The position numbers and the translations under genes were made by a program. A stretch of 64,000 nucleotides of DNA from Henriciella sp. (lineage in GTDB: Bacteria; Pseudomonadota; Alphaproteobacteria; Caulobacterales; Hyphomonadaceae): the NCBI GenBank assembly GCA_965228095.1, contig OZ245793.1, positions 3,563,516-3,627,515 on the forward strand, written 5' to 3'. The notes beneath the pieces were generated by a model. That model made no database searches, was not told the DNA's origin, and saw only the letters and a program-made list of their open reading frames with translations. Below are positions 35,715 to 44,517 of this stretch, one piece after another. Position 1 is the first letter of the stretch; every line of letters starts with the position of its first letter.

Positions 35715-37888
35715 CGCCGGAGGAGCTACGGAAAACCTTCACTGGCCTCGCATCAGCGTTCGCAGTCGTTGGCGGCGCGATTGCGGAGGAAGCGCCGGTA
35801 GAAGAACCACTCCTGGTTCACGAATGGGCGGCGAAGTATCGCTTCGTTAGCGCTGAATCTGGATCCCCGAAGCCCGGGCAATGGTCGAATGACCTTTTGC
35901 CCTATCTGAAGGTGCCGATGGATCGCATGGGCCCGGAAGATCCTGTGCAAACGGTGACAATCCGAGGATCCGCTCAAACCGGAAAGTCAGAATGCGCTCT
36001 GAATGCAGGCCTATCGCGTGTCGATCAGTCGCCGTGTTCAATGTTGTATTTGCTTCCGTCGACTGACGAGGCGAAAAAATACAACAAGGTCAAATTTGAC
36101 GCGACCGTGCAGGCCTCGCCGCAAATCACGCGGAAGATCGCGAGCCAGACCGGGCGAACTTCCGAAAAGTCGACTGGATCCTTCAAGCGGTTCCCTGGTG
36201 GTTTCGCGATTATCGACTCCGCCGGCACCTCGAAGCCGCTGCAAATGGTCTCGATTGGCTTCATTGTGGCCGAAGAAGCGACTGAGTACGATGACGACGT
36301 CGACAATCGCGGTCACCCGATTGACCAGGCCCGTAAGCGCGGCACGTTTTTTGGACCTGAATTCAAACTGGTCATTCCGTCCACGCCTGGAAAGAAGGCG
36401 CTGAAGGGAGAGGCCGGCGGCTGCCGCGTTACCGCTGAATTTGAAGCAGGCGATCAGGCTCAATATGTGGTGCCATGTCCACATTGCGGCGATTTCAGCG
36501 CGCTAAAGTTTGAAAATATGGTCGGTCCGACCCCTGAAGATCCGGACCAAACTGTTGGGTTCTACTGCAAGGCATCCGGGCCCGAACAGGAGAACCAGGG
36601 CTGCGGCGCGCTCGCTGAGAGTTACCAGCGCCATGACATGATCCAACAGGGCCGATGGGTTCCGTATTTCCCGAGCGATCGGGAAGACAATCCGCAGCCA
36701 CCCGAGATCATTCCAGCCGATGAGATCGATCGATGGGCGTTCCGTCGTGAGGGGCGCCGATGGGTGAGCCCAAGAAACTGCGAGGGCCGGCCGGCGAGTT
36801 TCCAGATCTGGCAGGCCATGAACCCGCAAATTGCCTGGAACGTGATCTGGCGCGAATGGCGAGAGGTTGTTGAGGGGCGTTTTGAAGCCAAGGTGTTCTT
36901 TCAGCAAACGCTTGGCTTGCCTTTCGACGGAATTGTTGACCGTCCCGAGGTAGCAGCGTTGCTCGAGGCCTCTGGTCGTGTATGGGAAGAAGGTACAGTG
37001 CCGCCATTCTGCGCGGTGCTGACCATGGCCGTCGACGTCCAGGTGAACCGCCTAGAATGGGCGGTTTACGCCTGGGGCCGCGGGGGAGTCGGGTTCAGGG
37101 TGGCCAAAGGCATCCTGCCCGGCGACCCAACCAAGCTGCAGGTCTGGAAAGACCTGGATGCTCAACGGAAACAAACCTGGGCTGGGCCGGCTTTCAAAGC
37201 AGCTGCGCCGTCTCGTTGTTTCGTCGACTCCGGTAATTGGACGCAGGAAGTCTACGCGTACTGCCGTGGTCGCATGGCCGAAGGCGTGTTTGCGATTTTC
37301 GGGGCAAAAGGGCGAAATGCTCACGAAGCGCCCGCGGTCACGCAGTCGACGCCGAAGAAGGTCAAGATCAATAAGCGGACCGTGTCTAAAATCGTTCCTC
37401 TCCAAGTCGGTGGTCACACTTTGAAAGGCAGGTTTTACGGCGGAATGGGCGATGGGCTGCTGGCCGAAAAAGGCAAGCCCCTGCCTTCGCGAGCCATCCT
37501 GTTTCCGGCCGATTTGACTGAGGAAGAGGCGAAGCAACTCACCGCTGAGAAACTCAGCTTTAGCGATCCGAAAAAATCGTACGGCGAGTGGGTGAAGATC
37601 AGCGGGCAGCCGAACGAAGCGCTGGACCTTGGCGTCTACAATTTGGCGGCCGCGTGCTCGCTTCAAATCGACACCTGGGATGAAAAGCGCTGGGATGATG
37701 TTTACGCATCTGTGTTGCCAGACGAAGATCCGACACTGGCTGATGCCGGCGGCCTTGAGAGGCTTTGGAACGAAATCGCGGCACCCGCTGCCGCAGAAGA
37801 TGACGCCAAGCCTGAAGGGTTGAGCGATGAAGACAAACGCCGGCTCGAGGAACTCGGTCGCAAACATGGACATGGAGGGACGAGCTGA
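35711..37888 (+). CDS. Terminase large subunit (lambda GpA family)
   Basis: Walker A GSAQTGKSE, AEEATEY, STPG, YVVPCPHCG, VDVQ.NRLE, VDSG, NEALDL. Confidence 0.95.
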   Translation: MTPEELRKTFTGLASAFAVVGGAIAEEAPVEEPLLVHEWAAKYRFVSAESGSPKPGQWSNDLLPYLKVPMDRMGPEDPVQTVTIRGSAQTGKSECALNAGLSRVDQSPCSMLYLLPSTDEAKKYNKVKFDATVQASPQITRKIASQTGRTSEKSTGSFKRFPGGFAIIDSAGTSKPLQMVSIGFIVAEEATEYDDDVDNRGHPIDQARKRGTFFGPEFKLVIPSTPGKKALKGEAGGCRVTAEFEAGDQAQYVVPCPHCGDFSALKFENMVGPTPEDPDQTVGFYCKASGPEQENQGCGALAESYQRHDMIQQGRWVPYFPSDREDNPQPPEIIPADEIDRWAFRREGRRWVSPRNCEGRPASFQIWQAMNPQIAWNVIWREWREVVEGRFEAKVFFQQTLGLPFDGIVDRPEVAALLEASGRVWEEGTVPPFCAVLTMAVDVQVNRLEWAVYAWGRGGVGFRVAKGILPGDPTKLQVWKDLDAQRKQTWAGPAFKAAAPSRCFVDSGNWTQEVYAYCRGRMAEGVFAIFGAKGRNAHEAPAVTQSTPKKVKINKRTVSKIVPLQVGGHTLKGRFYGGMGDGLLAEKGKPLPSRAILFPADLTEEEAKQLTAEKLSFSDPKKSYGEWVKISGQPNEALDLGVYNLAAACSLQIDTWDEKRWDDVYASVLPDEDPTLADAGGLERLWNEIAAPAAAEDDAKPEGLSDEDKRRLEELGRKHGHGGTS

Positions 37889-38121
37889 TGGCTAGATCTT
37901 GCACCGAAATCGAGGCTGACATCTCTGCTCTGAAAGCGCGATTGACCGCTATGTCGACTGGAAAGGTGCTGGAAGAGACGGGATATGCCGGTAGCAAGGC
38001 TCGCTTCCATATCGCATCGCCTGACGAAATTCGGCGTCAGATCCTCGAACTGGAACAAGAGGCGCGCGATTGCGGTTGCCCCAATGCTCCGCGGGGCGGA
38101 GGGATCCGCGTCGGATTATAA
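37888..38121 (+). CDS. Head-tail joining protein gpW-like
   Basis: 77 aa directly after terminase; LKARL.AM.TGK...E..Y.G....F...S..EIRR.I.ELE. Confidence 0.75.
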   Translation: MARSCTEIEADISALKARLTAMSTGKVLEETGYAGSKARFHIASPDEIRRQILELEQEARDCGCPNAPRGGGIRVGL

Positions 38122-38123
38122 GC

Positions 38124-38139
38124 CGAACGGCGTTCGGTT
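38124..38139 (+). repeat. 16-bp motif CGAACGGCGTTCGGTT, copy 4
   Basis: Identical to the other copies; 22-bp identity with 15901-15922 in reverse orientation. Confidence 0.85.
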
Positions 38140-38144
38140 TTAGA

Positions 38145-39100
38145 GATCGCATGTGAATCGCTTGTAGGGGACTGCAGGCCATCCGGTGACGACTGAGGGA
38201 ATTACCAACATGCGAATTGAGTGGCGGCGTGGAAAGTAGACACGCTGCAATCCCAAAAAGTCTGTGACCATGCCTCGGCTGACTTGCGGGATAAGAAAGA
38301 GACGCCGAGGCTGGCGAGCCACCCGTGTGCCAGGAGGTGGAAATTGGTCCCTAAAATAGGGACTTGACCAGGGAAGAGACCATCGCCGGAGTAACGCCCG
38401 GCCCACTCAACATTTTCAGTTTGCCAGCGCTTACTCTACTCGCACTGGCCGGGGCTGGTTCGTACATGCAGGCGGGCCAGCCCCATTCAAAATACCCGAG
38501 AGGGGGTCAGAGTTAGCTCGCAAGGCGCTCTGCACTTGATCCGCGAGATAGCCCGGTTGGGACGGCGCCAGATCAAGTTGAGGAGACCGGGTGACCGGGA
38601 AACCAAAACGAACGTGAGGCCGATCCGGCAACTGTCTCTTGCGCTGAGGCAGGTCGGTCACGCCGTGCTGTTGCCCCCGTTAAAAACGGGGCTCGCCCGC
38701 CAAGCAGATGCTGGCAGCGCAGGGTGAGCCCCAACTTTTTCAAATCTGCCATAGGGCCATAATAGCCTGAAAGCGGAGGTGATGGCGTCCCGGACGGGGT
38801 TTTCTAAGTAATTTTCCCTCGTCTCCCCCAGTCTTTGACTTGCGTGTGACCGTCATCGCCGCGCCCAAGCCCGGTTTCTCGCTGACCTTATCGGGTCAGG
38901 CATTACGTCTCGGCTTGGGCGTACTTTTTTCAATCGATCTGCCTCGCGCGCCATCGCCAGTTTGGCGACGCGATGAGCGATCGCGGACAGGCGGGTCGCC
39001 TGAACTTCCGGCCTGTCCGTCGAATTTCGGATCGCTCGAGTTCCTCCCGAGCGTCCCTGCGTCCCGGCTCCCGATTTCGCGAGCCGGGACGGCTTTTTCT
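38145..39100 (+). ncRNA. Candidate large structured noncoding RNA(s) between gpW and portal
   Basis: ~1 kb with no credible ORF; more than 12 helices of 6-11 bp, GNRA tetraloops, tRNA-like domain; boundaries approximate. Confidence 0.65.
38862..38930 (+). terminator. Terminator-like stem with U-tract inside the gpW-portal insert
   Basis: GCGCCCAAGCC/GGCTTGGGCGT stem then ACTTTTTT. Confidence 0.45.
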
Positions 39101-39101
39101 T
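39061..39101 (+). terminator. Terminator-like hairpin just upstream of portal RBS
   Basis: Perfect 10-bp GTCCCGGCTC/GAGCCGGGAC then GGCTTTTTCTT. Confidence 0.55.
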
Positions 39102-39115
39102 GTCTTGGAGCCCCC

Positions 39116-40729
39116 ATGAACCCGTCTCGTCAAAACGCGCTCAAACGCGTTCACCGTCGCAATGCGAACAGCTTACCGGTACCGACACGCTCTGCGTCAG
39201 TCTCTGAGGCGGCGACGCGTGGTGGCCCAAGTCTGATTGGCTGGACGCCGCCGCTGACGCCGCCGGATCAGGAGAATCGAACATTAGGGCGCGACCTCGC
39301 GGTATCGCGTGCTCGCGATTTGACGGCGAATGAGCCCCTGGCGCAGGCCGCTAATGATCGCCGCATCGATATGGCGTTCGGCATGCGCGGGCTTCGTTTT
39401 TCGGCGCTGCCGGACGGTGCGGCCTTGGGCTTGGACCCCGATCAAACTGCCGAGCTCGCTGATGAGATCGAGCGGGTTTTCAACGACTGGTGTGAGGATG
39501 CACTCTGGCGGTGCGATTGGGAGCAAGACGAAAATTGGGGTGGCCTGTGCAACCTGATCGCCCGACATTATTTCCGCGACAATGAAGCTTTCGTCGTTCT
39601 GCGTTGGGACGAAGTGCCGGCATATGGTTTTCCGTTTCGTACAAGTTTGCACGTGATCGACCCGGATCGCGTCAGCAATCCAGATAACGCGCCCGATACG
39701 CCAACGCTCCGCTCGGGCGTTGAGTCGAATGGCCGACATGTTGTTCGCTACCACATCCGGAACGCCCACCCTCAAGACTGGACGTCCGGTGGCACCGGCG
39801 ACGCGATGAAATGGACGGCTGTTCCCAAACAAAATGAATATGGCCGACCCGTCGTCCTGCACTTGCGTCGAAAAGAGCGAGCGGACCAGCGGCGCGGTTG
39901 GGGCAGCCTGATGGCCACGCTGAAAAAGTTCAAAGATCTGTCTCGATACAGCGATGCTGAGATTCAGTCGGCTGTCGTGCGAGCTGTGATGGCTATGGTG
40001 ATCTATACGGATCGCTCCACGACCGGCATCGAGGATGCATTGAGCGTTGACGATATCGTCAAGTTTCAAAACGCGTCAGATGCCTATTACGGCGCCAAGG
40101 GCCCGCGGCTCGCCGACGGCACGCGGATCCAAAAGCTGTTTCCGACTGAGAAAGTCGAAATGCTCACGTCCAACGCTGAGGGTGGCGACTTCGAGGCTTT
40201 TGCGGGTGTGTTCTCGCGGCACATCGCGAGTGCGTTGGGTCTCTCGTACGAACAACTGACTATGGACTGGACGAAAACCAACTATTCGAGCGCGCGCGCC
40301 GCGCTCGTCGAGGTTTGGCGATCGGTTGAAAGTTTCATCGATTTGTTTGTTTCGAAAGTGGCGCGGCCCGTTCTGCTTTGCGTCATTGATGACGCAGAGG
40401 ATTCTGGCGAGCTGAAGGTTCCGCCGGCACTACCAGACCTGTTTGCGAAACCGCGCGCCTGGCTTGATGGTATTTGGCTTGGTTCTGCTCGCGGTTGGGT
40501 TGACCCAACCAAAGAACCGATGGGTGCCGGCATCGAGATGGAAATCGGCGCCTCCAGCTTGCAAGACGTCACGGCCAAGCAGGGTCGCGATTGGCAAAAA
40601 GTCACGATGCAGCGCGCCCGTGAAGCCAAGTTCTTCGAGAAACTCAACGTCACCCCGCCTAAGCCGATGGCTGAGGTCGCCGCGCTTATCGAGAATAAGC
40701 CAGAGCCCGTTCAAGAGGAAAATGCCTGA
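39116..40729 (+). CDS. Portal protein (lambda family)
   Basis: ARDL..N, DGE-like NEAFVVL, IDPDRVSNP, RG...L, DW...NYSSARA, WVDP.KE; GGAG RBS before ATG 39116. Confidence 0.95.
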   Translation: MNPSRQNALKRVHRRNANSLPVPTRSASVSEAATRGGPSLIGWTPPLTPPDQENRTLGRDLAVSRARDLTANEPLAQAANDRRIDMAFGMRGLRFSALPDGAALGLDPDQTAELADEIERVFNDWCEDALWRCDWEQDENWGGLCNLIARHYFRDNEAFVVLRWDEVPAYGFPFRTSLHVIDPDRVSNPDNAPDTPTLRSGVESNGRHVVRYHIRNAHPQDWTSGGTGDAMKWTAVPKQNEYGRPVVLHLRRKERADQRRGWGSLMATLKKFKDLSRYSDAEIQSAVVRAVMAMVIYTDRSTTGIEDALSVDDIVKFQNASDAYYGAKGPRLADGTRIQKLFPTEKVEMLTSNAEGGDFEAFAGVFSRHIASALGLSYEQLTMDWTKTNYSSARAALVEVWRSVESFIDLFVSKVARPVLLCVIDDAEDSGELKVPPALPDLFAKPRAWLDGIWLGSARGWVDPTKEPMGAGIEMEIGASSLQDVTAKQGRDWQKVTMQRAREAKFFEKLNVTPPKPMAEVAALIENKPEPVQEENA

Positions 40730-42435
40730 TGCCTACATACGCCGCGCTTCAGGCGCGTTTTTCGTCCATGATTGGTCGCCCGCTGCTGATGATGCCTCAA
40801 GGCGCAGAACAGATCGCTCAATTGATCATGCAGGCTGAGCCAACGGCCTTCAATTCTCCAATGCGGTTCGAGGCCTGGCGGCGCGCTCGTGGCACCCGGC
40901 CCGCGCCAGCCGCTTTCGACGATGACGACGTAATCGCTCAATCACCCCCGCCGCTGCCTCCAGGAGGTCTTGCCTACGCTCCCATGTGGATGGGTGAGCC
41001 CGATGACGAACTCGACTGGGGCATGTCTCTCAAGGATGGCGTCGCCTGCTTGTGCGTTGATACTGCCATCGATGCCAAGGGTGAGGATTGGTGCGGGACC
41101 TGGTATCATGGATATGACAGTCTGCACGCGGCTGTTTCAACGGCTATGGAAGATCCTCGTGTCGAAGGTCTGTTCATTCACATGGATAGCCCGGGCGGCG
41201 TCGTCGAAGACGGTATTTTCAAACTCACAGAATTGATGCGCGAGGCTCGCGCAGCAAATGGCGGTAAACCCATTCACGTTCACGGCGAGCTGATTGCCAG
41301 TGCGGCCTATTGGATCGGATCACAGGCGGATCGAATAACCGCGAGCCGCACCGCTGCGGTCGGGTCAATTGGTGCGGTGATGATCCACCAGGATGTCAGC
41401 GGCGCAATGGCGAAACACGGCATTCGGGTCACGCCCATCCAGGGTGGTCGCCGAAAAACCGAATTCGCGAGTTTTCAAGGTCTCGACGAAGAGGCCATTA
41501 TAAATCTGCAGGCGATGATCGATCAGGTGTATCGCGATTTCGTCGGTGAAGTCGTCGCCGGTCGCCCTGCCCTGAACGAAGATTTGCTCTACGAAACCGA
41601 AGCTCGGCTGTTCGATGCGCGCAATGATCTCGCAGATCATTCAGGCCTTGATCACGGGCTCATTGATGCAATCGAGTCTGAGGAAGCCGCGTTCGACAAT
41701 CTTCGCGCCCTCATTTCCAAAAATACCCCGGCGGCGGGGTCAACGCCGACCATCGACTCGCAATCCCGCGAGCGCAACAAGGAGAACGCTATGTCGTCAA
41801 CACGAAAAGCCCTTGCCGCCCTGTCTGGCGACGGCAAGGCCACCGACCGGATCGCTGCCGCTATTGAATTGCTGCCAAAAGGAAGTGCGGCTCGCGGCAT
41901 TCTTTTGGGCTCCGGTGCGACCGAAACTCGAATTTCGCGCGCCAAAGTAAAGTTGGCTGAGCAGTTGGACGATGAAAACGCCAACCAGGATCCAGATCCG
42001 GATGCGAATGATGATCCGGATAACTCAACGAATGGCGAGGGCGATGATCCAGATCCGGACGCTGAAGACGATCCGGATCCTGATGCTGAGGATGATCCGG
42101 ACCCTGACGCTGAAGATGAGCCGGATCCAGATGCGGACGACGATCCAGACCCTGATGCCGAAGATGAGCCCGACGATGAGATGGCTCGCGCTCAGGCGAT
42201 CCTGGATCTGCCTGAAGCGACAGGCCGCGAGGCGCTCGCGAAAAAGCTTGCCTTCCAGAAGGGCATGACCGTCGCGAATGCGAAAGATCTGCTTGCGACC
42301 GCACCGAAAGGCGGTCGGCGCAAGGTTGAGGATCCAAACATCTCAGGCAATGCGGGAGGCGGCGGCAATTCCGCCTCTCCGGATGACCGCCTCATTCAGT
42401 CATCGCTGAAGCTGCGCGAACAACGCGGCCGCTAA
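40729..42435 (+). CDS. Head maturation protease (S49) with C-terminal scaffold
   Basis: MDSPGGVVED, IASAAYWIGSQAD, VGSIG. Confidence 0.92.
   Translation: MPTYAALQARFSSMIGRPLLMMPQGAEQIAQLIMQAEPTAFNSPMRFEAWRRARGTRPAPAAFDDDDVIAQSPPPLPPGGLAYAPMWMGEPDDELDWGMSLKDGVACLCVDTAIDAKGEDWCGTWYHGYDSLHAAVSTAMEDPRVEGLFIHMDSPGGVVEDGIFKLTELMREARAANGGKPIHVHGELIASAAYWIGSQADRITASRTAAVGSIGAVMIHQDVSGAMAKHGIRVTPIQGGRRKTEFASFQGLDEEAIINLQAMIDQVYRDFVGEVVAGRPALNEDLLYETEARLFDARNDLADHSGLDHGLIDAIESEEAAFDNLRALISKNTPAAGSTPTIDSQSRERNKENAMSSTRKALAALSGDGKATDRIAAAIELLPKGSAARGILLGSGATETRISRAKVKLAEQLDDENANQDPDPDANDDPDNSTNGEGDDPDPDAEDDPDPDAEDDPDPDAEDEPDPDADDDPDPDAEDEPDDEMARAQAILDLPEATGREALAKKLAFQKGMTVANAKDLLATAPKGGRRKVEDPNISGNAGGGGNSASPDDRLIQSSLKLREQRGR
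41791..42435 (+). CDS. Nested in-frame scaffolding protein (Nu3-like)
   Basis: Internal AAGGAG RBS 6 nt before in-frame ATG; acidic and helical C-terminal region. Confidence 0.6.
   Translation: MSSTRKALAALSGDGKATDRIAAAIELLPKGSAARGILLGSGATETRISRAKVKLAEQLDDENANQDPDPDANDDPDNSTNGEGDDPDPDAEDDPDPDAEDDPDPDAEDEPDPDADDDPDPDAEDEPDDEMARAQAILDLPEATGREALAKKLAFQKGMTVANAKDLLATAPKGGRRKVEDPNISGNAGGGGNSASPDDRLIQSSLKLREQRGR
41989..42180 (+). repeat. Coding tandem repeat, 24-bp unit (DPDPDAED)
   Basis: About six copies of gatcc.ga.cc.ga.gc.ga.ga. with synonymous variation. Confidence 0.9.
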
Positions 42436-42457
42436 CCCGTTCCGACTCCGGAAAAAC

Positions 42458-42492
42458 AGGCCTGCCGGGTTCGCCGGGCAGGCCTTTCTTTT
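42458..42492 (+). terminator. Intrinsic terminator-like hairpin before head decoration gene
   Basis: AGGCCTGCC/GGCAGGCCT stem then TTCTTTT. Confidence 0.6.
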
Positions 42493-42518
42493 AACCCCTA
42501 ATCTCAGGGAGGCCTCTT

Positions 42519-42908
42519 ATGGTCGAGAAATTCAATCAACCCCGGGCGGAAACACTCGTCCTGAAGCACTTCGTAACTCGCGAACTTTGCTTCGAAGAAG
42601 TCGAAATCAAAGGCACCGGTACCGCGCGCACGCTCGAGGTCGGGCAGGTTTTGGCGAAGTACACCGGCGGCGCAGACGTTGGCACCTATGTCGAAGCCAC
42701 GGTTGGTGGTGCGAACGGTGCCGATACGGCGAAAGCCGTGCTCACCGCCAATATTGACGTTCCCGCTTCGGGCAGCGTCAAGGTCGCCGCGATCGAACGC
42801 CTCGGGATCCTCGATACGTCCGAATTGATCTTCGCGGGCTCCCCGAACGCTGCCGAGCAACAAGCGTTCATTGACCAGTTGGCCACGGCTCATCTGATCG
42901 CGCGCTAA
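42519..42908 (+). CDS. Head decoration protein (gpD-like)
   Basis: 129 aa between protease and capsid; L..GQVLAK...G.Y, AKAVL pattern. Confidence 0.8.
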   Translation: MVEKFNQPRAETLVLKHFVTRELCFEEVEIKGTGTARTLEVGQVLAKYTGGADVGTYVEATVGGANGADTAKAVLTANIDVPASGSVKVAAIERLGILDTSELIFAGSPNAAEQQAFIDQLATAHLIAR

Positions 42909-42990
42909 GCGCTCTTCCTTGATTGGCAGGTCGACCTCGCCCTGCCCGTCAAACCCTTCCCTTTTCACTCTAGAAAAAAGGAGGCCAATC

Positions 42991-44022
42991 GTGGCTTTCA
43001 ATTTCCTTTATACCGCTGTTGGCCTCACACAGGCCGTAAACAACATTCCGAATGTCTACGGCCTGCTCGGCGACATGAATGTCTCTCCAGGTCGCGGCAT
43101 TGCCGAAACCCATGTGCGCATCGATGTCCAGGGCAGTGTCGTAAAAGTCCTGCCAGCGGTGCCGCGCGGTGGTCCGTCCAAGCTGCATGAGCGCGTCAGC
43201 GACAAAGCGGTGCTGATCGATGTTCCCCACTTTCCGAGCATGGACCTGATCACGCCCGCTGACATTCAAAATCTCGAGCGCGTGCAAAACGGTCAACTTC
43301 AAACGGTGACGGTTGAGGATGAACTCAATCGCCGCCTGGAAGAGACACGGCAACCGCATGACCAGACACTCGAATATATGCGTGTCGGCGCGCTCAAAGG
43401 TCTGATCACCGACGGCGCAGGCAACACGCTCCTGAATCTCTACGATGCGTTTGATCTGTCCGAACAGGTGTTTGACCTGGATCTGGACAATGCCAGCGCA
43501 GATCTCATTGGGATCTGCAGCGCGATCTATAACCACGTCACGACGAATCTGCTCGGTGAGAGTTTCACCGAAATTCAGATCCCGTGTAGCTCCTCTGCGT
43601 TCAATCGCCTGGTCGCGCACCCGAAGGTTGAGCAGTACTGGCTGAACCAGGAAGCTGCGACTTCGATGGCGAATATGATCCGCGAGGATAAGAGTGGTGG
43701 TCAGGCCGGAACGCGTGGGCGTCGGTTCACGTTCCAGAACCTGACCTTTGTTGAGTACCATGGCAGCGTTGTGCTGGACGATGGTACCGCTTCGCCGCTG
43801 ATCGCTGCCAATACTGGTCATGCGTTCCCGGCGGGCATGCGCTCTGGTTGGGAAACCTTCTTCGCACCAGCTCATGACATTCGCCAGGTCAACACCATGG
43901 GCACGCATATCTATGTGTCGCCGAAAGAGCTGGATCACGGCGAAGGCATTGAGCTGAAGACTCAATCCAACCCGATCTCTGTTCTCAAGAAAATCGGAGC
44001 GACCGCCCGCATCATCATGTAG
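42991..44022 (+). CDS. Major capsid protein (lambda gpE family)
   Basis: LTQAVNNIP, VPHFP..D.I.P.DIQ, EY.R.GALKG, FAPA, IELKTQSNP; AGGAGG RBS. Confidence 0.92.
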   Translation: MAFNFLYTAVGLTQAVNNIPNVYGLLGDMNVSPGRGIAETHVRIDVQGSVVKVLPAVPRGGPSKLHERVSDKAVLIDVPHFPSMDLITPADIQNLERVQNGQLQTVTVEDELNRRLEETRQPHDQTLEYMRVGALKGLITDGAGNTLLNLYDAFDLSEQVFDLDLDNASADLIGICSAIYNHVTTNLLGESFTEIQIPCSSSAFNRLVAHPKVEQYWLNQEAATSMANMIREDKSGGQAGTRGRRFTFQNLTFVEYHGSVVLDDGTASPLIAANTGHAFPAGMRSGWETFFAPAHDIRQVNTMGTHIYVSPKELDHGEGIELKTQSNPISVLKKIGATARIIM

Positions 44023-44113
44023 GCGCTCGCCGATCAACTAATTGGGGGCGGCGCACTTATCGCCGCCCCTGCTTCCAATCCAAAATTCAAACCAACTCCT
44101 GCAGGAGGAAATC

Positions 44114-44509
44114 ATGTCTACACGCAAGCCCAAGACGCCGAACAAATCGAACCTGGCGCATTTTGTAACCCTCGCCGGCATCACCATCGCCGATGCCGAA
44201 CAAGACGGCGGTCTTCGCCACGTCGCGACCGGGGTGGATTGTAAAACGGGCGGCTTCACCGTCGAGCAAGCCAAAAAATACCTCGAGATGGGCCTTGTCG
44301 GTGAGCGTGCCGCATTGGTGAAAAGCGACGCGGGTGGCGACAAGTCTTCCGAGGCAACGATCGCTGACCTTCGGACGCAGCTGGCGGCTGAAAAAACGCG
44401 CGCTGATGAGGCTGAGACCAAGGCCGAAGAGAATGAAAAGCTCGCCGCAAAAGCCGGCGCAGATCTCAAGAAAGCCAACGACGAATTGGCAAAGCTGAAG
44501 GCGAAGTAA
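44114..44509 (+). CDS. Hypothetical virion/packaging protein (gpFI position)
   Basis: GGAGG RBS; C-terminal coiled coil. Confidence 0.55.
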   Translation: MSTRKPKTPNKSNLAHFVTLAGITIADAEQDGGLRHVATGVDCKTGGFTVEQAKKYLEMGLVGERAALVKSDAGGDKSSEATIADLRTQLAAEKTRADEAETKAEENEKLAAKAGADLKKANDELAKLKAK

Positions 44510-44517
44510 ACTAAGCA

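Noticed and set aside
37052-37873. Long antisense ORFs inside terminase, capsid, tape measure and tail genes (e.g. 37052-37873, 42970-44037, 3827-4603, 52588-53346)
   Set aside because: These are typical high-GC antisense shadows of well-supported genes, with no RBS or motifs.
38145-39100. Group II or group I intron, or IS element
   Set aside because: I found no domain V motif, GUGYG start, RT/homing endonuclease/transposase ORF or terminal repeats, and it does not interrupt a gene. A covariance-model search is still needed to exclude an intron fully.
38140-39115. Protein-coding content (ORFs 38140-38406, 38431-38661, 38536-38727 and the 92-aa N-terminal extension of portal from 38840)
   Set aside because: No RBS, no recognisable motifs and Arg/Pro-rich shadow composition; portal has a good GGAG-ATG at 39116.
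41989-42180. CRISPR array
   Set aside because: The repeats are in-frame, contiguous 24-bp coding units without spacers, and there are no cas genes.
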